Of a stretch of 64,000 bases of DNA, positions 37,826-48,659 are shown in pieces (position 1 is the stretch's first letter; each line of letters opens with the position of its first letter). Source of the DNA: a virus (taxonomy: Duplodnaviria > Caudoviricetes); IMG/VR virus record IMGVR_UViG_3300028048_003175, positions 1 through 64,000 of that record. One strand, written 5' to 3'. The translations under genes were made by a program, and so were the position numbers. Below the pieces are notes generated by a model. It worked only from the letters and a program-made list of their open reading frames with translations, was not told where the DNA came from and searched no databases.

Positions 37826-39200
37826 CAACCAGACATTAGGAATAACAGGTACAATCGTCGTGCCTGACTACACCGTTTTTGTGTTCAACCCGAATTATGT
37901 GGAGCTGGACCTGGGAGGCTATACAGGTAGCCTTACCTTGTCAGTGAACAGCGGAGTAAAGACATATGGCATTACCGTGAACCTCTACCAGGGGAAGGCG
38001 AAGTGCTATGTGTCACGACTCCTGCAGATACTCTTCGACGACTATATCTCAACTCGGTCGAAGCTGGTATCGATAGAAATCAAGGACGCACAGAACGAGG
38101 CTATCATGTCTGAGACATTCATGGCCTTCTGGGCTTCCATCGAGCCGGGACGGAAATTCGGCTACTACCATCCCTTCGTCTATGACAGGAACAAGTACCC
38201 GAAATATATTCGCGAGGTCATCTGGTTCAAGAACTTCCCCTTCCGCCTGTCCGTTTACAGGATTGCTCAGTTTTCTCCAGCTTACGCCCAGTGTGACGGA
38301 GGTGCAGCGAAGATGATCTATGAAGACGGTGAGTTCGTCTGGACTGTGAGTTCAAGAACACCAAGACGTCGAGCTCCGTCCGCAACATCGCTGGTGCTGC
38401 CTGCATCCCAGACACTGGACTTTAACCAGCTTCGTGAGGCTGGCCTTGCCGTTGATTTTGAACGCTCCGGCATCACGAATATCTCTGAGCTTAGCAGCAT
38501 CACACTGGAAGATGTCGTGCTGAGAGACATTTACACTGGTGGCGAGACCCAGATAGACTGGGACGACTACGCCGACAGGGGACTGGATATTGTTACCTAC
38601 AATAACCTCTCCAACTTCAAGACGGGCATCACAGAGCTCTCCCCGATATACATGTTCCCCAATGCTCAGCGGAAGGTGGTCTTTACCTTCATGCACAAGA
38701 GCGCGGACACGGCGAAGTTCAATGCGAACTTCAATATCACCTTCGGGGAAATGACGGAGCTTGCCTACATCGTCAAGCTGACAGTCTGCGAGGACACCGA
38801 CGGTATCTACCTCCGCTGGATCGATAACTATGGATTCTGGCAGTATTTCCTCTTCGTAGCTGGAGAGAGAGAAAGCAAGCACAAGCAGAGCAAGGTGTCC
38901 GTGCCTGCCGAGTTTGAGGAGAACGGAGTACACCATAGTGCCACCCGTTGCAACTACGTGGAGAATGTCGACACAGTGAAATGCTGTGCCGTTGACTTGC
39001 GCAAGGAGATACTGTCCTACGTGCAGACCATCTACAACTCTCCGCATGTGGAAATGTATATCGGTGACAACTTTAACGAGGATGAAATGTGGAAGCCCGT
39101 CAACCTCGTCGATGCCTCTGTAAAGCTTAGCTCACAGAAGCAGCTCTTCGACTACGAGATATCCTTCACCATGTCCGACTCAGTATCACAAACACTTTAG
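37806..39200 (+). CDS. Tail/baseplate structural protein
   Basis: YLRWIDNYGFWQYFLF; precedes the large tail protein. Confidence 0.55.
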   Translation: MRTITIDNQTLGITGTIVVPDYTVFVFNPNYVELDLGGYTGSLTLSVNSGVKTYGITVNLYQGKAKCYVSRLLQILFDDYISTRSKLVSIEIKDAQNEAIMSETFMAFWASIEPGRKFGYYHPFVYDRNKYPKYIREVIWFKNFPFRLSVYRIAQFSPAYAQCDGGAAKMIYEDGEFVWTVSSRTPRRRAPSATSLVLPASQTLDFNQLREAGLAVDFERSGITNISELSSITLEDVVLRDIYTGGETQIDWDDYADRGLDIVTYNNLSNFKTGITELSPIYMFPNAQRKVVFTFMHKSADTAKFNANFNITFGEMTELAYIVKLTVCEDTDGIYLRWIDNYGFWQYFLFVAGERESKHKQSKVSVPAEFEENGVHHSATRCNYVENVDTVKCCAVDLRKEILSYVQTIYNSPHVEMYIGDNFNEDEMWKPVNLVDASVKLSSQKQLFDYEISFTMSDSVSQTL

Positions 39201-39203
39201 GCT

Positions 39204-39386
39204 ATGACATACGACGAATACAGAAGCCTGCGGAACGGTAACCGCTGCGTCATCATCAAGACAGGAGAGCCGGGAACGGTGCTTGCCATCAACAGAGAGA
39301 CGGATGATGTCCTCGTAGAGGCAAAGCGCGTGGCGAGAGGCAGGGTAAAGGAATGGTTTAACTACACATATATCGCAAAGCTATGA
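39204..39386 (+). CDS. Small hypothetical protein
   Basis: 60-aa ORF. Confidence 0.45.
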   Translation: MTYDEYRSLRNGNRCVIIKTGEPGTVLAINRETDDVLVEAKRVARGRVKEWFNYTYIAKL

Positions 39387-39514
39387 ATACTACAACAGCA
39401 ATTATCATCGGAGTGGTCCTGCTGGCCATCCTCTATATCGCGGTAAGACTGGTGCTTGCCGCCATCATCATCTATGCTGACATGTTGAAATACAAAAAGA
39501 TGACGAAGAAATGA
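39383..39514 (+). CDS. Small single-TM protein (43 aa)
   Basis: Translated by hand; ATGA overlaps on both sides. Confidence 0.45.
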   Translation: MNTTTAIIIGVVLLAILYIAVRLVLAAIIIYADMLKYKKMTKK

Positions 39515-42500
39515 AAGAGGAACTATATGTATATACGGACAACGGTCGCTGGAAGCTCGACCTGCCAGTGCCAAGCGGCATCACCATGAAATGGGTCAAC
39601 AACCTGTTTAGTGACCTGAGCAAGCTGACGTGTTCCTACACCTACACCTTCAAGCTGCCGATGACACGCAACAACAGCGAGGCTCTGGATCAGGCTGAGG
39701 ATATTCGCCATCCGAGTAATGTCATCCGCAAGAAGATTAATGCTGAATACATCTTGAATGGTGTGCCTTTCTGCAAGAATGCCAACCTCTATATCTCCGA
39801 GATAAGCAAGGACAGCTATTCGTGCGTCATGACGTGGGGAGTGCTGAAGGCCTTCCAGACCCTCAAGGAGAGTTCCCTCAAGCTGAACGAGCTGGGAAGT
39901 GTCGGATTCTTCGACTGGAAGGATGACGATGCCAACTTCTCCTATGGTTACCCGTCGTCAGCGTACAAGAACACAGAGAACCTTATCTATCCTGACTACG
40001 ATGCCGGCTGTCCTCATTATGCAGGAACGCCGCCCCGTCCCGTCATGCCTATCTACCGTATCATCCAGCTCATTAACCAGAAGTTCGGGACGAAGTTTGA
40101 AATCGGACAGGAGATAACGAAGGGTATGGGTGCCATGCCACTGGCTGACTTCAACAACTTCCGCTATCATGGCAGGAGAGTGTATGACGACTATATCTCC
40201 CATGGTGTGCTGCCGTTGACGACAGCCTATCTGGATAACTCCAACAAGATTGTCCGTGACCTGACCCAAATCGGAGTTTTTAATATGAGAGACTATAGCG
40301 AAACAGGAACAGCACGATATCTTGTAGCTTATCAAGATGTAAGAGATCAATTTGGTCAAGTAGCAACAATGAGAATATTTGCTGGTTTCCTTGATTACAC
40401 TCCTCCTTCTGAAGATTCTATCCCATTTGATGTTATCGGTGTACCTGTTTTTGACGATTTTAAGTCGAATGATAAGATACTACCTTTATCAGCATATCAA
40501 GCAGGTGGAATTTTCAGAATACCGTACGGTTTATATCCTAAAGATATTTATGATGACTTGATAGCTCAAGGTCACGATCCGTGGCTGGAAGAAAAAAGTA
40601 CTAGTTACAGTAATTCATTTTGGGTAGTTTTTCAACAAAGTGGTAGTATTTACTATGGAATTAGACGTAATGTAATAGGTTATAAATGTGTTTTACAACA
40701 TGAAGTAACAGGTTCTCTAAAACTACATATTGCCAAAAGTGCAGTTGATGCCGGTCGTACCCAACTAACAGCATACAGGTGGATATCTATTGCAAAAGCC
40801 AAAGGCCCCATGAATCCTGGTGAAGGCTATTCATGGGAAGTAGAGTCAGACAAAGACACCAGCAAATGGATTGGCTTGCAGTCGTCAGCAACGTACACCT
40901 ATGACCAAGCTACAGATTCATACGTTTATCCGTTCGATTTCGGAGAGGAAATACCTGCTAGAAAGCTGAAGATGGATGCCACTGACGACAACTTTACAGG
41001 GTATTTCTTTATTCCATACTTCCCTGAAGATGAGACGGTGAACGATGTGCTGCAGCTTCACGAAGGCGACATATGGACTTCCGACTTCCATATCGCCACT
41101 ATATCGCCAAACGTTGTTATCGAGAGTCTGCCCGTAAAACTTGATGCCGTGTCGAACCTTCCTGATATCTCCTGCTTCGACTTCATGAAGGCGGTGTTCT
41201 ATATGAATGGTGCCGTTCCCACTGTTGGTAAGGATGGTGAGACAATCATCCCGATGTACTATAATAAGATACGCGACTCTATCGTGGATGGTGTTACGAT
41301 TGACTGGTCAAAGAAACTGGTTGGTAGCCCTAACGCTCAGTGTGACAAGATCAAGTTCTCCTCCTCGTCATTCGGTCAACATAACTATTTTGAGCTCAAT
41401 AACTCAGACAGGGAGAAAAACGCAATGGATGACGATGAGGAAACGGATGTCTTTGATACTGCCTATGGCGATATCACCATTGAAGACAAGAGCCTCGACG
41501 ACAGAAAGAGTCTTTATAAGGCTCCTTTCTATTCAGCATTTGTCAGAGACCTGCAGTATCCGAGTGTCAAAGTAGGCAGGACAACCAAAGTATGGAATGG
41601 CGTCAGGGAGCTGTCGGAGGAGTCAAAGCCAATCTACGGCATTCTCGTCTATCGCAGTCTTGACGGAACCTTTGAGGATATCTCCAATATCAGCCAGAGG
41701 CACACGCAGTCCACTCATGGCATGGATTTCAAGCAGATAAGGATGAACACCTTCAATCCTTTTACAGACATGGAGGAGTTCTTCGGTTACCTGCGCGAAA
41801 TAATGCAGAACTACAAACTGGTTAAGGAGCAGCTAAACCTCAATGAGTTCGATATTGCCGACCTCGACATGACGGTGCCTATCTACCTCGACAAGTACAA
41901 CTCCTATTTTGCCATCAGCACCCTGCAGAGGGATAAGGACGGAAAGTTCACGGCAGAGCTTATTCAACTGCCAATGGTCGTTGCCGAATATCCTGAGCCG
42001 GAAACTGATCTATTCGGTGACGATACTGGTGGCGGCGGTGGTGACGAACCTGCTACAGAATATGAGGAACGCTTCAAGTATTCGATATCGGCTTATCCTG
42101 GCCAGTATGGTAGCCCGACACCTTTGTACTGGAGGCGGACGGCACAAGACGAGTGGACGAAGCAAGATGAATCTTTCTATTATCTGAGCAGTACCGAGTT
42201 TAACAATGACACGGTGTTCATTAAGTCTGACGAAAAGCTTCATCATATACGTGTAAATACTGACGCTTACTATGCTAAGTTTGATCATTATGGAAACAAG
42301 AGTGTGGCAAAGTCCTCGCGCTTGATTCTTACCATCAATGGCGTAGAGGTAGGCAGAAGAAATAGTGGAACCGACAACCCCGATGTGTATGGACTTACAA
42401 ATAGCCTGGAGTACGTGTTCCCAACAGATGGAAGTGTGCAAGACTTCCTTGTGGAGCTGACTCTGGAAATATTCATGGGTGGCGTTGTCGTGAGAACCTT

Positions 42501-43479
42501 CATGGCTGAGTTCACCATTGACCCGCTTATTCCTTATGTCAATCCTGACGTGCAGATTTCCAACCTCTCCACGAGCGGATATGTACTGTCGTCGCTTTCC
42601 GAGGATATGTTTGTCATCAAGGACTCGGATGAGGCTATAGTAAAGAACAACGGCAGGTTTACCATCATGGAGGATGGTGCCTTCATCAAGGAGGCTGCAA
42701 TGCTGGAGGCAGATACTCAGTACACGCTCAACTTCGACAACCTCATCGGCCAGACTGCTTCTTACAACTACGTCGATCCGGAGGTGAGTTCAGTAGTCCA
42801 GCAGCTCACGTCATCACCTATCACGGTGAAGTTCGACAATGTCGCTGTCACCACTGGCCAGACGGTGACGATTGCAGCAAACGACAATAGCTCACATACC
42901 ATCAAGGTCGAGTTCGACATCTTAGACCCCAACGGCAACGTTTACGAACACTGTGTCGAGGAGATTACCTATAAGAGGACAGCACCGATTGACTTGGTGT
43001 ATGAGTCGTTTGGCTCTTCCCTGTATTTCTCCTTCAATTTCCAGTACCGCATACCTAATACGTCAGTGGTGTATAACTGTCGGTTCAAGTATTACAAGCA
43101 AGACGGCACAACGGAAATCAAGAATCAAGACGGTCACAGCTATCCGCCTGCCAACTACGGTGATCTGGTCAATAATCTGGGTGGTGGTCCTCTCATTTAC
43201 GGAGATTGGGAAACGAATCCTTACACGGTCACTCTTGTCCTTGGTAACAACCAGCATACCTACCACAAACGCTACATGTACAATGGCAGGCAGCTCAAAG
43301 TAAGGTCTGTCAGTGTTCAACAGCAGGTTTACTGGGACAATGTTCTGGTGACGAGTGACAAGCAGATGACGTTCTCGAAGTCACAGGTCAACGAGACCCA
43401 CGTCTTGAAGGTTTTGGACGAGATAAACGGTCAGCAGAAAGAGTACAATTTCACATATTACGTGCTATTAAATTCATAA
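39511..43479 (+). CDS. Large tail tip/baseplate protein
   Basis: 1322 aa; N-terminal SYTYTFKLPMTRNN; adjacent to the tape measure gene. Confidence 0.65.
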   Translation: MKEELYVYTDNGRWKLDLPVPSGITMKWVNNLFSDLSKLTCSYTYTFKLPMTRNNSEALDQAEDIRHPSNVIRKKINAEYILNGVPFCKNANLYISEISKDSYSCVMTWGVLKAFQTLKESSLKLNELGSVGFFDWKDDDANFSYGYPSSAYKNTENLIYPDYDAGCPHYAGTPPRPVMPIYRIIQLINQKFGTKFEIGQEITKGMGAMPLADFNNFRYHGRRVYDDYISHGVLPLTTAYLDNSNKIVRDLTQIGVFNMRDYSETGTARYLVAYQDVRDQFGQVATMRIFAGFLDYTPPSEDSIPFDVIGVPVFDDFKSNDKILPLSAYQAGGIFRIPYGLYPKDIYDDLIAQGHDPWLEEKSTSYSNSFWVVFQQSGSIYYGIRRNVIGYKCVLQHEVTGSLKLHIAKSAVDAGRTQLTAYRWISIAKAKGPMNPGEGYSWEVESDKDTSKWIGLQSSATYTYDQATDSYVYPFDFGEEIPARKLKMDATDDNFTGYFFIPYFPEDETVNDVLQLHEGDIWTSDFHIATISPNVVIESLPVKLDAVSNLPDISCFDFMKAVFYMNGAVPTVGKDGETIIPMYYNKIRDSIVDGVTIDWSKKLVGSPNAQCDKIKFSSSSFGQHNYFELNNSDREKNAMDDDEETDVFDTAYGDITIEDKSLDDRKSLYKAPFYSAFVRDLQYPSVKVGRTTKVWNGVRELSEESKPIYGILVYRSLDGTFEDISNISQRHTQSTHGMDFKQIRMNTFNPFTDMEEFFGYLREIMQNYKLVKEQLNLNEFDIADLDMTVPIYLDKYNSYFAISTLQRDKDGKFTAELIQLPMVVAEYPEPETDLFGDDTGGGGGDEPATEYEERFKYSISAYPGQYGSPTPLYWRRTAQDEWTKQDESFYYLSSTEFNNDTVFIKSDEKLHHIRVNTDAYYAKFDHYGNKSVAKSSRLILTINGVEVGRRNSGTDNPDVYGLTNSLEYVFPTDGSVQDFLVELTLEIFMGGVVVRTFMAEFTIDPLIPYVNPDVQISNLSTSGYVLSSLSEDMFVIKDSDEAIVKNNGRFTIMEDGAFIKEAAMLEADTQYTLNFDNLIGQTASYNYVDPEVSSVVQQLTSSPITVKFDNVAVTTGQTVTIAANDNSSHTIKVEFDILDPNGNVYEHCVEEITYKRTAPIDLVYESFGSSLYFSFNFQYRIPNTSVVYNCRFKYYKQDGTTEIKNQDGHSYPPANYGDLVNNLGGGPLIYGDWETNPYTVTLVLGNNQHTYHKRYMYNGRQLKVRSVSVQQQVYWDNVLVTSDKQMTFSKSQVNETHVLKVLDEINGQQKEYNFTYYVLLNS

Positions 43480-43482
43480 GTT

Positions 43483-46400
43483 ATGGCAGACGAGAGAGTA
43501 AAGATTATCGATATCCAGGTGAAGTATCAGCAAGCCGTTGATGCTCTCGCCAAGTTCCGTTCCTCATTGGCTGAGGCTAAGAAGTACCAGGCAGACTTGA
43601 AGAAAGAACTCAAGGATGGTACCATCACACAGGAGCAGTACGACCGTAGCATGGAGGCCAGCAACGTGTATATCCGCCAGCAGAGTGAGCAGATGCGCAC
43701 GTTGGCTAAGCAGGTGAACAACCAGATAAAGGTCACCCAAGAGCAAGAGGGTAGCCTCAAGCAGCTACGTGCTGAGCTGTCTAACGCCACTGCCAAGTGG
43801 GATGCGATGAGCCGTGCCGAGCGTGAGTCAGCCAAAGGTAAGGACCTCAAAGACCACATCAACCAGATAACGACGGAGCTGAAAGCCGCAGAGGAAGAAA
43901 CCCAGCGGTTCTACCGTAACGTCGGCAACTACAAGAGTGCCACTGAGGGTCTGGAGAATATTCGTGTTAAGCTGGTGGATTTAAGAAACCAGATAGTAGC
44001 AGCTTTTGGTGCTGCCCAGATGCTTGCCTTTGGAAAAGATGCGCTACAGGTGACGCGAGACTTCCAAGACGGTATGGCTCGTGTTAAGGCTGTCACCAAT
44101 GCTACTGCAGAGGACATGCAGAAGATGACCGATGAGGCTCGAAAGATGGGACGTGAGACAATATTCCATGCAACAGACGCCGCCAACGCTATGGAGAACC
44201 TTGCACGAGGCGGCTTCGATGCTGATGAGTCAACGACGGCTTTGTCGAAGACGCTGCAGCTTGCACAGGCTAACACAATCGACCTGAAAGAAGCCAGCGA
44301 CCTTATGATACGCACCATGCGTGGCTTTGAGCTTCCCATCACTGAGGAGGAAATGGAACATGCCAACGACGTGCTTTCCAAGACTGCCGCCAGTTCCACG
44401 ACAAACATTTCAGAGCTGGGTGAAGCACTGAAAAATGCCGCGCCATTCGGACACTCTTTGAACCAGTCTATCGAGGAAGTAAATGCTGCCCTCGGTGTTC
44501 TCGCTGACGTGGGTATTCGTGGTGCCGATGCTGGTACTGCCCTTCGTATGGTCATTCTCGGTCTTTCATCACCCACTGCCAAGCAGCAGAAAGTGTTCAA
44601 GGACTATGGTATAGAGATAAGCCAAGCGTCGCTTCAGTCAGAAGGTCTTACAAAGACGCTCCAACGACTCAAAGAGAGCGGCATCATGGAAGCCAGCAAT
44701 TCTGCAGAGCTGTTAGGTGATGTCTTTGGTCGCCGTGCCACTCCACAAGTGATGGCACTTGTAGGTAATATCGGTCGCCTGCAAGAAAAACTGGAAACAC
44801 TGCAAGATGCACAGGGTACTACTGAGCGAATGTTCAAGGACTCATATAGTAATGTGTCACAGGAAATCTTTGGTCTGTCATCAGCCTGGGAGTCTTTCAA
44901 AATATCCATTGGAGAAAGCAACAACCAAGCGTTAATAGAACCTATCAAGGCACTTCGTGAAGGCGTACATTGGTTGGAGGATCATTTGCCAGAGTTGGGA
45001 CATTTCATCATTTCACTTATCGCATCCATTAGCTTCCTGAAGCTGGTGAGTGAAGCTAAGGCTGCGTTTACTACGATTCGCAATTCTGCCGTCTCAAATG
45101 CAGAGGAGGCTTCTAATACCGTTCGCACTCTGCAGAACCAGGAGGTGCAGCTTCGCAAGACCACAGCCATTCAAGAGCAGCAGATTATCAATGCATCTGG
45201 TAATGAGAGGATGATGCTCGAAGCTAAGATACTCGCTAACAAGAGAGAAATTGCCGAAACTGAAAAGGCTCTCGTCAAGGCTAAGACCAACGAGATAAAG
45301 ATGTGGGAACAGGCTGCAGCTGTCAATTCCGGCAACTCCTGGAAGGCAGCTATGGCAGCAGCCACGATGGCAACACAGGCATTCTTTACAGCCGCCAAGA
45401 CAGCCGCCAAGACCTTTATCCTTACCGCTTTGTTCCAGCTTGCCTTCGAGGCATTATATGGCCTGATAAACCTCATGAGCAGCGCTTCTGAGGGTGACGG
45501 TGCCTTTGCCAGACTGACAAGGTCCGTGACAGGATTCATCAAGCAGGGCCTCAACTGGCTTATTACCCAATTCAAGATAGTATCTAACTGGATCAAGGAC
45601 TTCATCGAGAACAGCCGACTGATGCAGGTGGCTTTGGTAGGTATCAAGACAAACCTTTCCGTTGTAGGTGCTGTTTTCAAGTCTGTCTGGGCAGTGCTCA
45701 AATTGGGGCTCAAGCAAATATGGGAGGCCTTCAAGCTCCTGGCAGGTATCATCGGTGCCGTTGGAACTGCTCTTGAAGGACTTCTAACCTTCAACTGGAC
45801 GCAGTTTAAGCGAGGACTGTCACAGGTGGCCAACTCCGTCACAGACTTCTTCAAGAACACGGTGAATAACGCCAAGGATATGGGAACAGAAATCGCAGAC
45901 AATGTGGTTGACGCATATAATTCGACTGTAGATGCCTTTAAGAGTGCTGCCAACAGCAAGGCTTTTGGTGGTCCTGGTACGGACTCTAACAGCGGTGGTG
46001 GTAAAACAACTACTCCGAAAAAGAAGCCAACAAAGCCTGCACCCACGAATCCAGAGCCAGTCGCAGACGATGATAGTGGAAATGGAGGAAGTGGAGGAAG
46101 TGGCGGAAGTTCCACCAAAGGTGACAAGGGAAGAGAAAATAGTATCAAGAAGCGGGCTGAACTGGAGCGAAAGGCCTTAGAGGAGGCAGAGCAGGCATTG
46201 CTCGACTTGATGAAAGACACCGCTTCCAAGAGACGTGCGCAACTGGAGAAGCGTTACAATGACGAGATACGCAAGTTAAAAGTCCGGCTCGAAACAGAGA
46301 AGAACCTCACAGAGACGGCTAAAGAAGCCATCCAAAAAACCATCCTTCTCAAGGAAAAGAAGCTGGCAGAGGAACTTGCTAAGCTCGATGATGAAGAGCT

Positions 46401-47658
46401 GAAGCGTGAAATCCAAGACCGCCAGAAGCTCATTGAGAGCCGACTGTCTGTTGCACGTAAGGGATCTGAGGAAGAGCTGAACCTCAAGCGTCGTCAGAAC
46501 CAAGAGAAGGCAAACCTCGATGTTCTTGCCCTCAAGGAAGAGGAGGAGAATAGGATTGCCGATGCCGAAGAGAAGTTGCGTATCGCTGAGGAAACCTACG
46601 GTAAGGAGTCTGTAATGGCTCTTGCAGCGCAGGAGGACTTGACGAATATCGAGGCAGAGTTTGAGGAACGTCGAAATAATATCCGCGAAGCTGCCCGTCA
46701 AAGAAATCTGGAGCTTGAGCAGCAATACCAGCAGCAACTCATCAGCTTGCGCCAGCAGGCTTTCCAGAACCAGATTACGGAGCTGCAGATACAGATGGAG
46801 GAACAGCACCTCTTGGAGCAGGAGGATGCAGAAATATACCTCAACCAGCAGGAAGGCTTCCAGATGCTTAACCTGCAGGTCGTAGAGCAAGGCGAGCTGG
46901 ATATCCTGGAGATCAAACGGCAGGCTGCAGAGGAAAAATATAATGACCTTGTCGCTGCCGGACAGTTGGAAGGCGAGACCGTTGAGCAGTTCAATGCCCG
47001 TATTCTCGCTGCAGAGCAGAACATGGTCAATACCAAGGCAGCATTAAGACAGGCGGAACTCAAGAACGAGAAAGCCTACCTTAACTCATCGAAGTCCATC
47101 ACCAACAGCCTTATCTCCCTGACAGCAGCTATTGGTGAGAGCGACGAGGACTTCGCCAAGCTGAGCAAGATGCTGACCCTTGTGCAGATTACGATAGACA
47201 CGGGTAAGGCCATTTCAGCAGGTGTGGCAAGTGCATCGTCATTACCTTATCCTGCCAACCTTGCAGCCATCGCTTCCACCGTGGCTACCGTGCTTGCGAA
47301 TATAGCGACTGCTGTCAGCACCGTCAATAGCGCGAAGTTCGCTGAAGGTGGTAAGGTGACTGGTCCTGGCACTGGCACCTCCGACAGTATTCCTGCCTAC
47401 CTCTCCAATGGCGAATATGTGATGACCGCCAGAGCTACGAGAATGTTCGAGCCGCTGTTAGCCGCTATGAACGATGTCGGTGTAGGAGTCATCCCCATGC
47501 AGGCTACCAACTCCTACCGTGACTACAATATGCCGACGGAGGAACTGACGGAGAGCTTTAGGGAAGCCGCCCGGGAGATCCGTCCTGTGGTGTCCGTAAC
47601 TGACATCAATGAAGGACAGCAGCGAGTAGAAGTAATAGAAAGTCTTGACACACTATAA
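43483..47658 (+). CDS. Tail tape measure protein
   Basis: 1391 aa; RNVGNY, TP901-type core (GIRGADAGTALR), FAEGGKVTGPGTGTSDSIPA. Confidence 0.93.
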   Translation: MADERVKIIDIQVKYQQAVDALAKFRSSLAEAKKYQADLKKELKDGTITQEQYDRSMEASNVYIRQQSEQMRTLAKQVNNQIKVTQEQEGSLKQLRAELSNATAKWDAMSRAERESAKGKDLKDHINQITTELKAAEEETQRFYRNVGNYKSATEGLENIRVKLVDLRNQIVAAFGAAQMLAFGKDALQVTRDFQDGMARVKAVTNATAEDMQKMTDEARKMGRETIFHATDAANAMENLARGGFDADESTTALSKTLQLAQANTIDLKEASDLMIRTMRGFELPITEEEMEHANDVLSKTAASSTTNISELGEALKNAAPFGHSLNQSIEEVNAALGVLADVGIRGADAGTALRMVILGLSSPTAKQQKVFKDYGIEISQASLQSEGLTKTLQRLKESGIMEASNSAELLGDVFGRRATPQVMALVGNIGRLQEKLETLQDAQGTTERMFKDSYSNVSQEIFGLSSAWESFKISIGESNNQALIEPIKALREGVHWLEDHLPELGHFIISLIASISFLKLVSEAKAAFTTIRNSAVSNAEEASNTVRTLQNQEVQLRKTTAIQEQQIINASGNERMMLEAKILANKREIAETEKALVKAKTNEIKMWEQAAAVNSGNSWKAAMAAATMATQAFFTAAKTAAKTFILTALFQLAFEALYGLINLMSSASEGDGAFARLTRSVTGFIKQGLNWLITQFKIVSNWIKDFIENSRLMQVALVGIKTNLSVVGAVFKSVWAVLKLGLKQIWEAFKLLAGIIGAVGTALEGLLTFNWTQFKRGLSQVANSVTDFFKNTVNNAKDMGTEIADNVVDAYNSTVDAFKSAANSKAFGGPGTDSNSGGGKTTTPKKKPTKPAPTNPEPVADDDSGNGGSGGSGGSSTKGDKGRENSIKKRAELERKALEEAEQALLDLMKDTASKRRAQLEKRYNDEIRKLKVRLETEKNLTETAKEAIQKTILLKEKKLAEELAKLDDEELKREIQDRQKLIESRLSVARKGSEEELNLKRRQNQEKANLDVLALKEEEENRIADAEEKLRIAEETYGKESVMALAAQEDLTNIEAEFEERRNNIREAARQRNLELEQQYQQQLISLRQQAFQNQITELQIQMEEQHLLEQEDAEIYLNQQEGFQMLNLQVVEQGELDILEIKRQAAEEKYNDLVAAGQLEGETVEQFNARILAAEQNMVNTKAALRQAELKNEKAYLNSSKSITNSLISLTAAIGESDEDFAKLSKMLTLVQITIDTGKAISAGVASASSLPYPANLAAIASTVATVLANIATAVSTVNSAKFAEGGKVTGPGTGTSDSIPAYLSNGEYVMTARATRMFEPLLAAMNDVGVGVIPMQATNSYRDYNMPTEELTESFREAAREIRPVVSVTDINEGQQRVEVIESLDTL

Positions 47659-47673
47659 TCAAATGCAAATAAT

Positions 47674-47907
47674 ATGACACGATTCGAAATGCTAAAAATG
47701 AACAGGACGCTCATTGAGACAATGGTGGCGAACTCGGTAGATATCCGGGATATCGAATACCTCCAGCTCATTGAGGAATACGAGAGCCTGAAAGCGAAGA
47801 AGTTCAAGGTGAGCTATATCGTCAGCCTCCTTGGAGAGAAATACCAAAAGTCAGAACGGGCAATCTACAAGATTATCGATCGAATGGCGAAACAGGTAGT
47901 CCAGTAA
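47674..47907 (+). CDS. Small HTH protein (Mor-like)
   Basis: LGEKYQKSERAIYKII. Confidence 0.55.
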   Translation: MTRFEMLKMNRTLIETMVANSVDIRDIEYLQLIEEYESLKAKKFKVSYIVSLLGEKYQKSERAIYKIIDRMAKQVVQ

Positions 47908-47955
47908 AAAAGAAGCGAGTGACCATCAGCAAACAGGTGGCCACTCGTTTCTTTA
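47906..47955. terminator. Bidirectional terminator
   Basis: A tract, CGAGTG..CACTCG stem, T tract between convergent genes. Confidence 0.65.
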
Positions 47956-47965
47956 TGTGTCGATG

Positions 47966-48439
47966 CTATTCCGCATCCCTTCGCACAGGATTGGCGAACA
48001 ATTCATCCAGCTCCTTTCTCTTGCTCTTGGTGAAGTCCGTTTCCTCACACTTTGATTCCACATACTCCATTCCCAGCATTTCGATATCGCCTGGTACCAT
48101 GCCGTAGGCACGCATAAGCCTCTGGCCCTCTTCCGGAGTGAAGTCCTTTACCTTCTTCAGCCAGTCTTTGTGCGGACTCGCTTCAGAGAAACCATACTGT
48201 TTGAAAGTGTTGCTTTCTTTTATTACCATCAGCTCATCATACAGTGCCTTACAGCGCATAAGCAGCAGAGAATCACCTTGTACGTCAACCACTTCTTCCA
48301 CTTGCTCCTGCACTTGCTGAGGCTCAGCGGAACTCTCTCTCATGTTGTCAAACAATACAGATAGCATACCGAAGAAAAACATCGATGCGAACCAGATGCC
48401 GGCAACCCAAAGGATAATCTTTTTCGTTTTCTTTGTCAT
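47966..48439 (-). CDS. Membrane-anchored moron-like protein
   Basis: N-terminal TM helix; opposite strand; own TACCTTTG box at 48472-48465. Confidence 0.7.
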   Translation of the reverse strand: MTKKTKKIILWVAGIWFASMFFFGMLSVLFDNMRESSAEPQQVQEQVEEVVDVQGDSLLLMRCKALYDELMVIKESNTFKQYGFSEASPHKDWLKKVKDFTPEEGQRLMRAYGMVPGDIEMLGMEYVESKCEETDFTKSKRKELDELFANPVRRDAE

Positions 48440-48659
48440 AATCGTATTAGTTGAAAATTTGCTGCAAAGGTACGAAAAATAATCAATAAAGCCTCAACGA
48501 CAGCGATAATTTCTTGTGTTTTACGGGAATAATGCCCCGTATTCCCTTTGATTGCTGAACTCATGCGTTCACTTGTTTAATCAAACAAAAAAATCTTTGC
48601 GCCTTGTTTGTTCAGTAATTTTGCGGTGTAATCAAAAATAATCGCAATCACAAACAAGA

